From assembly GCA_051747585.1 (NCBI GenBank), contig JBNJGH010000053.1:1-22396 (forward strand): a DNA stretch of 22,396 bases, given 5' to 3'. The translations under genes were made by a program, and so were the position numbers. Origin of the DNA: Candidatus Rifleibacteriota bacterium (GTDB taxonomy: Bacteria; Muiribacteriota; Ozemobacteria; Ozemobacterales; Ozemobacteraceae). Below, piece after piece: positions 16,220 through 22,396 of this stretch; position 1 is the stretch's first letter, and each line of letters starts with the position of its first letter. The notes beneath the pieces were generated by a model, which saw nothing but the letters and a program-made list of their open reading frames with translations, was not told the origin of the DNA and ran no database searches.

Positions 16220-16239
16220 GGTGGGCCTTCGGGCCCACC
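16220..16239 (+). promoter_or_regulatory. GC-rich intercistronic hairpin with a C(UUCG)G tetraloop (mRNA stabiliser or partial terminator)
   Basis: GGTGGGCC-TTCG-GGCCCACC is a perfect 8-bp stem between the SBP gene and the permease. No U-tract on the + strand. Confidence 0.7.
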
Positions 16240-16257
16240 GAGTCTTAGGGATAAGTA

Positions 16258-17484
16258 ATGCTACAAAGTCTCTGCAAAAATATTTTTGCCATAAGAATTC
16301 CGGTGAAAACCACTGAAAAAATAGTGCTGGGTTTGATTCCCATTATACTTATATTTTTTCTCTGGGTTGCTGTTACCACTGGGCGCAAGGAAATAATAAC
16401 TCTGCCCACCGGAACTTTTGCAGGTTATGAAGAATCAATGCCGGAATTTGGAACATCTTTTCCCGATGGTGTTCGCTACACAATAGACGATGCAGAAATC
16501 AAATATATTTCCAAGAATGATAAATCCGTCACTCTACTGATTAAAGACGACAAAAAATACGATGTAACTTTTTGTGGCATTAGATCCATGGGAAATTCTA
16601 TCAGACTAACCCTTGACCCCGGTGTCCTTGTTCCTGCTCCTGAAGGAGTAAAAGCTTCTCAGGCAAAAGAGTCTGAAGAGCAGACATCTGCCGGAACAGT
16701 AGATCTATCCGCAGATAGCCAGAGCAGACCAGCTACAGAAGAGACCGCGACTCCGTCAAATTATAAGAATATTGCCTACCGATACGAGGTAGTAGAGTCC
16801 AGAATTTTCTCGCCCACCACCCTTCCCAGTCCAAGGGAGACCTTCAGATCCTTACCCCAACTCTGGACCCAGCGCAAACTTCTGACAAACATTCTTTACA
16901 GTTTTCTCAGAGTTGGCGCAGGTTTTCTGGTAGCATTTGTTATTGTTTTCCCAATATCGCTTTTAATGGGAACTTTCACCAAATTTAAAGCTTTCTTTTC
17001 TCCGCTGATGCTTTTTGGTGCCTATCTGCCAATTCCGGCTCTAGTGCCTCTTACTATGGTCTTTTTCGGAACAAACGAAGAACAAAAGGTAATGTTTCTT
17101 GCCCTTGGTTTTGCGATTTACCTGCTTCCATTATTTGTTCAAGCCCTTGAAGAGGTAGATAACGTTTATTTACAAACCGGCTATACTTTGGGGGCAACAA
17201 AATTTCAGATTTTGAATAAAATTATGCTCCCTATAGCTTTGCCGAAAATTTATGATGCAATGCGCCTCGGCTTTGGCATAGGCTGGGGTTATATTATTCT
17301 GGCTGAAATGGTCGACATGGGTAGCAAAGGCGTAGGCGCATTAATTCTCATAAGTCAGAGAAGAGGCCCGCGCGAAGATATTTACTTAGTTTTGATCGCA
17401 ATTGTTATTATGGCTTTTATAACTGACAAAATCTGGGAAAAAATCGGAGACCGACTATTCCCTTACAGGAGTCAGGAAAGATGA
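16258..17484 (+). CDS. ABC transporter permease, SsuC/TauC/NitT type, with a large extracytoplasmic insertion
   Basis: LPSP motif, SFLRVGAGF, LPIPALVPL, EAA-like loop YLQTGYTLGAT..ILNKIMLPIALP, GWGYIILAEM. 408 aa because of ~140 extra residues after TM1. Confidence 0.9.
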   Translation: MLQSLCKNIFAIRIPVKTTEKIVLGLIPIILIFFLWVAVTTGRKEIITLPTGTFAGYEESMPEFGTSFPDGVRYTIDDAEIKYISKNDKSVTLLIKDDKKYDVTFCGIRSMGNSIRLTLDPGVLVPAPEGVKASQAKESEEQTSAGTVDLSADSQSRPATEETATPSNYKNIAYRYEVVESRIFSPTTLPSPRETFRSLPQLWTQRKLLTNILYSFLRVGAGFLVAFVIVFPISLLMGTFTKFKAFFSPLMLFGAYLPIPALVPLTMVFFGTNEEQKVMFLALGFAIYLLPLFVQALEEVDNVYLQTGYTLGATKFQILNKIMLPIALPKIYDAMRLGFGIGWGYIILAEMVDMGSKGVGALILISQRRGPREDIYLVLIAIVIMAFITDKIWEKIGDRLFPYRSQER

Positions 17485-18608
17485 CTAAACAGCAGAAAAA
17501 ACAAAGTTTCTGGCAAAAATTTATCGGTCTTTTTTATCATCTTCCGGAAAATAAAAATGCCACCAAATGCCCGCCAAACCTTAATGCCCAGCCAACTAAC
17601 CCTGAAGCAATAAAACCTGCAGACAAAGAAGAAATCATGCGACCTGACTCAGCTGGAAATGATCAAGTGCGTCTGGATGAGAAAAAAGAAAAACAGCATT
17701 CTATTCAGCAACAACAGAAAACTTTTACAAGTGAAACGGGCCTGATTCATTGCCCCCCTATCGCCGACAAAAGAGAATTTGCCCCCGTTGTTTCGTTTAA
17801 AAATGTTACCAAGATTTTTAATCAGGGCACTGATAACGAATTCGTAGCTCTCGACAACGTATCATTCGAAATTGAAGATCTGCCAGATGTTGGTGAATTT
17901 ATAGCTCTTATCGGACCTTCAGGCTGCGGCAAATCAACCGTATTGAATCTCATTCAAGGATTCCAGGAAGTCGGCCCTCCGACTGAAGGCGAAATTCTGG
18001 TAAGAAATCGACCCGTAACCGGACCGGGGCGCGATCGGGGTATGATTTTTCAAAAATACAGTTCTTTTCCCCATCTTACAGTTTTAGAAAACGTAAAATT
18101 CGGACTTGAATTGAACCGAAAGAGCCTGGGTTTTTCTGATAGAACTATGACTCAGCTTGCAATGGATATGATAACTAAAGTCGGCCTTTATGGTCACGAA
18201 GACAAGTATCCTTATCAACTCTCGGGTGGCCAGCAACAAAGAGTGGCAATAGCACGCACCCTGGTTCTCAAGCCCAGAATAATTTTTATGGATGAGCCAT
18301 TTTCTGCCCTTGACGAGCCGACCCGAATCGAAATGCAGCAACTCATAACCGACCTGTGGAACAGAGTTGAAGCAACAGTATTCATTATTACTCACTCTTT
18401 GGCAGAAGCTTTATATTTGAGCGATCGCATTTTCATGTTTACCCATTCCCCCGGTCGGCTCAACAAACAAATTCTCATTCCTCCCGAAGCCATTGGCAAA
18501 ACAGCTGACAAATCGCCATTGGAGGTTCAGGAAGGACCAAAGTTCAAAGCAGCTCTTAAAGAAATAACCGATGAATTTATAAAAATTGGTGGAATAAATA
18601 CAAAATGA
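17481..18608 (+). CDS. ABC transporter ATP-binding protein, SsuB/TauB/NitT type, with a ~100-aa N-terminal extension
   Basis: Walker A GPSGCGKST, Q-loop MIFQ, signature LSGGQ, Walker B FMDEPFSALD, H-loop ITH. ATGA overlap with the permease. Confidence 0.93.
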   Translation: MTKQQKKQSFWQKFIGLFYHLPENKNATKCPPNLNAQPTNPEAIKPADKEEIMRPDSAGNDQVRLDEKKEKQHSIQQQQKTFTSETGLIHCPPIADKREFAPVVSFKNVTKIFNQGTDNEFVALDNVSFEIEDLPDVGEFIALIGPSGCGKSTVLNLIQGFQEVGPPTEGEILVRNRPVTGPGRDRGMIFQKYSSFPHLTVLENVKFGLELNRKSLGFSDRTMTQLAMDMITKVGLYGHEDKYPYQLSGGQQQRVAIARTLVLKPRIIFMDEPFSALDEPTRIEMQQLITDLWNRVEATVFIITHSLAEALYLSDRIFMFTHSPGRLNKQILIPPEAIGKTADKSPLEVQEGPKFKAALKEITDEFIKIGGINTK

Positions 18609-19507
18609 TAAAAAAGAAATTCCAACCTGGTTTTTCAGATTATTTAAGCGAAGCCTTTAATGCAGGTCTCGACATAAAAGGCATGGGCGAAATTCCTGTG
18701 AATAAGCTCTTTATTCTCGGCACTTTTATTCTCGGATTCAGTAATCCGGGCTTCTGGTTCGCCGGCGCAGCGCTTGAAATAATCTATCTTTATTATCTTT
18801 CAACCAACCCCCGCTTTCAAAAATACGTTCAATCCAGGCAATATGAACAGGTTCAAAAAACCAGAAACGATAAGATGCAGCAAATTGTATCTTCACTTGA
18901 ACCGCCGCTGCAATCACGGCTTAGCAAACTTAACAGCAACATTGCTGAAATTAACAAACTCATGGACTGGAATCTTGATGAAACCTCAAGCTTTTTAAAC
19001 AAAAGCAAGCAAGACACCCTTAATCATCTACCTACAATTTTTCTCAAACTGCTAAAAACCAAGCAACTGATTCAAGAAAGCCTTGCCCGAACCAAATCCT
19101 CTCAAATTCATAAAGAGCTTAACCAACTCAAGCAACAGCTCAAAACAGAATCTCTCAGTCCGGCACTCGAAAAATCTTTAAAAAGTAATATAGAAATTCA
19201 ACATAAAAGGCTCGAGAACCTTACCAATGCCCATGAAAACGAAATGCTGGTCGAAATGGAATTACAGCGCATTGAGAGTCAACTCTCATTGGTCAGAGAA
19301 GAAATCGCTCTTGACAGCAGTCCGGAAGGCCTCTCGTCAAATATCGACAAAATCAACTCAACCCTCGGCGAAACTCAGGATTGGCTCAATACTCATTCAG
19401 ACTTTTTGCGAAAACTAAGTGGGCCACCAATTGATGATTTTGAATCCGCTGACATAAATGAGCCCTTAACCAACACTCCGCCACCACAAAAAGAACTAGA
19501 ACGATAA
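18605..19507 (+). CDS. Uncharacterised membrane protein: N-terminal two-TM hairpin followed by a long coiled-coil/helical bundle
   Basis: Hydrophobic LFILGTFILGF-SNPG-FWFAGAALEIIYLYYL, then ~200 aa of heptad-rich Q/K/E/L sequence and an acidic Pro-rich tail. ATGA overlap with the ABC ATPase. Confidence 0.75.
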   Translation: MIKKKFQPGFSDYLSEAFNAGLDIKGMGEIPVNKLFILGTFILGFSNPGFWFAGAALEIIYLYYLSTNPRFQKYVQSRQYEQVQKTRNDKMQQIVSSLEPPLQSRLSKLNSNIAEINKLMDWNLDETSSFLNKSKQDTLNHLPTIFLKLLKTKQLIQESLARTKSSQIHKELNQLKQQLKTESLSPALEKSLKSNIEIQHKRLENLTNAHENEMLVEMELQRIESQLSLVREEIALDSSPEGLSSNIDKINSTLGETQDWLNTHSDFLRKLSGPPIDDFESADINEPLTNTPPPQKELER

Positions 19508-19518
19508 GGATTTGTATC

Positions 19519-21312
19519 ATGGCTAATTATCCAGATTGGGCCAGAGAAATGGCCGAAATTTTTAAAAGTGGCTCCATAAGCCAATTCCTTTTATATGGTA
19601 ATATCGATGACTGGGTAAGCTTCAAATCAGAGCAGCAAAATCAACTGGAATGCCTGTCATTAAAAGATTTTTTGTCCAACATAATGTTTGCTCCCTTCGA
19701 AGTTGTTCTGTGCTATGATCGCGGTCATGGCATACGAACCACCAAAGGCGGAGAAATCTTTTTCAATTTTCTAAAAGCCTATGACAGTTTTCATCATACC
19801 GGATTATCTATGGGGCATAGTGGACACAAAGCAATTGCTTCTGCGAATGCTTTGCCCAAAGATCCCAAACGTGCTCTGGCCATTATTGACCGTTTCATTC
19901 GCTATGGCCTTAACCGCACTACCATAGATAAAGAAGGAAATAAAAAATCTAATCCGATTAGAATTGCAGTTATTGTAGAATATGCACAATATCTGCTGCC
20001 TAGATCAGACATAGCCTATACCAGCTCAGAATCCGTGGAAACCCTTATCAGAATGCTCGACTGGGCTTCTGACCCTAATATTAACAATGCATACGTCACT
20101 ACATGTCTGATAGCAGAAAATCTCAACGATATGAACCGCCAGATAGTAGAAAATCCTCGTTCTGCTAAAATTCAGATCGATCTGCCTGATGCAGAGCAGG
20201 TTTTTAATTTCGTCCAGGCAATTACAGCCAATATAGAAAATTTTAGTGAATTTTGCGATGTTGACCGGGAATCTCTGGCACAAAAGCTTGAGGGACTTTC
20301 CTGCATCGATGTTCAAAACCTCATAGAACGTGCAGTAAAAAACAATCGCCGAATCACCATGGACTATCTGCGCGAAGTAAAAAAAGAAATGATAGAGAAG
20401 TCGGCAAGTGGTCGCATTGTCTTTGTCGAATCGACCAGAACTCTCGACGCCGTTGCCGGTCACCGAGAAGCCAAAGCCTGGTTGCGACAAGATGCCCAAC
20501 TAATGAAAAAAGGCAAATTAAAAGCTCTGCCCATGGGCTATCTCATAACCGGACGTATAGGAACAGGTAAAACCTACCTTGTTGAATGTTTTGCCGGTGA
20601 AGCCGGCGTTCCCTGTGTCGAACTGAAAAATTTTCGCGACAAATGGGTTGGCGCAACCGAAGGCAACCTCGAAACTATTTTTAAAATTCTACATGCAATG
20701 GGTCAGGTAATTGTCTTTATCGATGAAGCCGACCAGGTAGCCGGGAAGCGCGGCGCAGGTTCAGGAGACTCAGGCGTTTCAGGCAGAATTTATGCAATGC
20801 TCGCCAGAGAAATGGCCGACACTAAAAACCGCGGACGCATCTTCTGGATTTTTGCTACCTCCAGGCCCGACCTGCTTGAAGTCGATCTCAAACGTGTAGG
20901 CCGTCTCGATGTTCACATTCCTCTTTTTGCACCACAGACCGCCCAGGATAAAAAAGACCTTTTTGCTGCTCTGGCCCGCAAAAATAATATAGAAGTTAAG
21001 CCCAAAGATATTCCCGACTTTCCCGAAGACTTAGATATTGGCGGAAATGAAATGGAAGGCATTCTTATCATGGCTTCGCGCCAATATGAGCTTCAATCAG
21101 ACGAACCTGATGCAAAAGAAATCGGCCACTTTATAAATGAAGCAATGAAAACTTACAGGCCAATGAGCCATTCAGAGCGTCTTGAATACATGGACCTGGC
21201 AGCAGTGATAGAATGCACTGACCAGAGGTTTCTGCCAAAAAAATTCAGCGAGCTGGAGAGCGGTCAGGTAAAACAAAGAATGGAACAGTTAAAACTCGAG
21301 CTCGGCGAATGA
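19519..21312 (+). CDS. Tandem classical-clade AAA+ ATPase (degenerate N-terminal module, intact C-terminal module)
   Basis: C-module: Walker A GRIGTGKT (20551-20574), pore loop KWVGATEGN, Walker B VFIDEAD, sensor-1 region ATSRP, Arg finger LKRVGRLD. N-module: degenerate LLYGNIDD and VIVEYAQ at Walker-equivalent positions. Confidence 0.88.
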   Translation: MANYPDWAREMAEIFKSGSISQFLLYGNIDDWVSFKSEQQNQLECLSLKDFLSNIMFAPFEVVLCYDRGHGIRTTKGGEIFFNFLKAYDSFHHTGLSMGHSGHKAIASANALPKDPKRALAIIDRFIRYGLNRTTIDKEGNKKSNPIRIAVIVEYAQYLLPRSDIAYTSSESVETLIRMLDWASDPNINNAYVTTCLIAENLNDMNRQIVENPRSAKIQIDLPDAEQVFNFVQAITANIENFSEFCDVDRESLAQKLEGLSCIDVQNLIERAVKNNRRITMDYLREVKKEMIEKSASGRIVFVESTRTLDAVAGHREAKAWLRQDAQLMKKGKLKALPMGYLITGRIGTGKTYLVECFAGEAGVPCVELKNFRDKWVGATEGNLETIFKILHAMGQVIVFIDEADQVAGKRGAGSGDSGVSGRIYAMLAREMADTKNRGRIFWIFATSRPDLLEVDLKRVGRLDVHIPLFAPQTAQDKKDLFAALARKNNIEVKPKDIPDFPEDLDIGGNEMEGILIMASRQYELQSDEPDAKEIGHFINEAMKTYRPMSHSERLEYMDLAAVIECTDQRFLPKKFSELESGQVKQRMEQLKLELGE

Positions 21313-21437
21313 TCGCGACCTTTATGGCAGGGAACAGTTGTTTGTGTGCCGACAAATTCGGAATCAACAGGTGGTTCTCGGTCTTCAAGATACTTGACGC
21401 ATTGCTGGCACAACACGAAAATCAGCAGACTGCATAA
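21309..21437 (+). CDS. Possible 42-aa small ORF coupled to the AAA+ gene
   Basis: ATGA overlap with the AAA+ stop. Reads MIATFMAGNSCLCADKFGINRWFSVFKILDALLAQHENQQTA and ends ~40 nt before the putative terminator. No recognisable homology. Confidence 0.2.
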   Translation: MIATFMAGNSCLCADKFGINRWFSVFKILDALLAQHENQQTA

Positions 21438-21476
21438 AAAATAAGACTGTCATAGTGACTCGCTGCAGTATCATTA

Positions 21477-21515
21477 TTCAGCCAGAAGATGGACTTCCGG
21501 CTGAAAGTTATTTTT
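21477..21515. terminator. Putative intrinsic (possibly bidirectional) terminator between the convergent operons
   Basis: TTCAGCCAGAAG-ATGGA-CTTCCGGCTGAA: 12-bp stem with one A.C mismatch (G.U on the - strand), followed on + by AGTTATTTTT. Confidence 0.6.
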
Positions 21516-21566
21516 GGAACTATAATCGAGTAAGGTGTCCCTCGATTTCCTCGTTAAAAAAGAAAA

Positions 21567-21860
21567 TCAGGCATTTAATAAAGCCTGGCTGATTGCTTCC
21601 GGGTTGGTCTGAGCGATTTTCAGCAGAACCATTGCCGGGCCTTCCGGTTTCCTTCGGCCCTGTTCCCAGTTTCTTAAAGTGGCAACGCTTATGCCGATCA
21701 TCAGCGCGAATTCCTGTTGAGTCTTCTGAAGTTTTTGTCTGATTTGCTTCACATCAAGCGGAGTTATCTCAAAGACTCTGCTTGGTTTCTTTTTCCCGCG
21801 CCGAATCTTTCCGGCTTCCTTGATGCTGGTCACCAGATTGTTAAAGTCACTGTCTTTCAT
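21567..21860 (-). CDS. higA: HigA2/NadS-like Cro/C1 HTH antitoxin
   Basis: N-terminal FNNLVTSIKEA helix, then DVKQIRQKL..TQQEFALMIGISVATLRNWEQGRRKPEGPA..LL typical of HigA2-type antitoxins. ATGA overlap with the upstream toxin. Confidence 0.88.
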   Translation of the reverse strand: MKDSDFNNLVTSIKEAGKIRRGKKKPSRVFEITPLDVKQIRQKLQKTQQEFALMIGISVATLRNWEQGRRKPEGPAMVLLKIAQTNPEAISQALLNA

Positions 21861-22174
21861 TTGAGTTCCTCCTCTACCAGCTTGCTCAAGATTTTGAGCT
21901 GATCGCGGGTTAAATCTTCCTGGCGATTTTTTGCATAAGCATAAAGCATGTAAATGGCTTCCATTTCTTTATACCAGTAATAGATAATTCTGCTTCCGCC
22001 GCGTTTGCCTTTCTGCCCTGATTTCCAACGCAGTTTTCGTAAGCCCCCGCTGCCCTTGATAATATTACCGGCAACCGGACATCTGATCATCGCATTCTAA
22101 AGATCTTTGTAATCATCATCAGACAGAAGCTTGGTAATGAAAGCGGTAAAAACAGAAGTTTCTATGATTTCCAT
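21857..22174 (-). pseudogene. higB: HigB2/RelE-family toxin gene interrupted by an in-frame TAG at codon 26
   Basis: From ATG 22174 it reads MEIIETSVFTAFITKLLSDDDYKDL*NAMIRCPVAGNIIKGSGGLRKLRW...GKRGGSRIIYY...YAKNRQEDL. TAG is at 22099-22097. The 77-aa ORF in the track is only the downstream fragment. Confidence 0.85.
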
Positions 22175-22180
22175 ACCTTT

Positions 22181-22209
22181 ATTATACGTCATTGGCGTAC
22201 TTTCTGCAA
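22181..22209 (-). promoter_or_regulatory. sigma70-type promoter of the toxin-antitoxin operon
   Basis: On the - strand: TTGCAG (22209-22204), 17-nt spacer, perfect TATAAT (22186-22181), then 6 nt to the toxin ATG. Confidence 0.75.
22185..22199. promoter_or_regulatory. Probable antitoxin operator palindrome
   Basis: TACGTCA-T-TGGCGTA (6/7 arm match) covers the promoter spacer and overlaps the -10 box, the usual position for TA autorepression. Confidence 0.65.
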
Positions 22210-22227
22210 CTTTCTAAAATATTCTAT

Positions 22228-22395
22228 TTAGCAGCTAAATGAAAAAGTCATTCTTTCTGCTTTTCCGGCTTGAGTTTCGCTGCGGGATCCCTCTGTGTTA
22301 ATGAGAATCTCGATTTTTAAATCCTGTATATAGGCATACCAGGTAATATCATCTGAAAAGTTTGCTATATTGTTATTTGGTGCATTTTCCGAAAA
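22228..22395 (-). CDS. 3' end of an unknown gene running in from beyond the window
   Basis: Open frame of 55 codons from the window edge (FSENAPNNNIANFSDDITWYAYIQDLKIEILINTEG...RMTFSFSC) ending in TAA at 22230-22228. Confidence 0.45.
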   Translation of the reverse strand, partial: FSENAPNNNIANFSDDITWYAYIQDLKIEILINTEGSRSETQAGKAERMTFSFSC

Positions 22396-22396
22396 T

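Noticed and set aside
16258..18608. Naming the ABC genes ssuC/ssuB or tauC/tauB (sulfonate/taurine uptake)
   Set aside because: The family resemblance is clear but substrate cannot be inferred. No sulfur-metabolism genes are adjacent and the context points elsewhere.
19519..21312. Calling the AAA+ FtsH or a bona fide Vps4
   Set aside because: It has no TM segments or HExxH protease domain (not FtsH) and no evident MIT domain, and its tandem architecture differs from Vps4. Only a functional analogy is proposed.
21440..22230. TA pair as an integron cassette or part of an IS/prophage
   Set aside because: I could not identify a convincing attC (paired RYYYAAC/GTTRRRY boxes), terminal repeats, integrase or transposase in the window.
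1..22396. Genome-wide reassignment of TAG to Gln, suggested by the amber in higB and the read-through geometry at 5308
   Set aside because: The long genes, totalling several thousand codons, translate uninterrupted under the standard code with no internal TAG. A recoded genome would show many. One nonsense mutation is more parsimonious.

Overview
Gene-dense window from a probably diderm bacterium, with three parts. (1) 1-11180 (+): the 3' part of a type IV pilus/T2SS-like assembly operon (PilB/GspE ATPase cut by the window edge, pilM, pilN, pilO, a TM-anchored PilP/GspC-like gene). No secretin follows. The operon instead continues into a HEAT-repeat protein and two large, apparently paralogous single-pass TPR membrane proteins. 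A small beta-barrel-like outer-membrane protein gene converges on it. (2) 11979-21312 (+): a seven-gene operon and the most interesting part of the window. It encodes two paralogous substrate-binding-protein/OmpA-domain fusions flanking a PspA/IM30 (ESCRT-III superfamily) gene, an SsuC/SsuB-type ABC permease and ATPase with unusual extensions, a 2-TM coiled-coil protein, and a tandem classical AAA+ ATPase (degenerate N-module, intact C-module with a KWVG pore loop). It looks like a self-contained bacterial ESCRT-III + AAA+ membrane-remodelling or envelope-stress system coupled to a cell-wall-anchored ABC system. (3) 21567-22396 (-): a HigBA2-like toxin-antitoxin pair with a sigma70-type promoter, an operator palindrome and an apparently leaderless start. 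The toxin has an in-frame TAG at codon 26. The window ends in the 3' end of an unknown gene. All family calls are from motifs recognised by eye; no searches were run.
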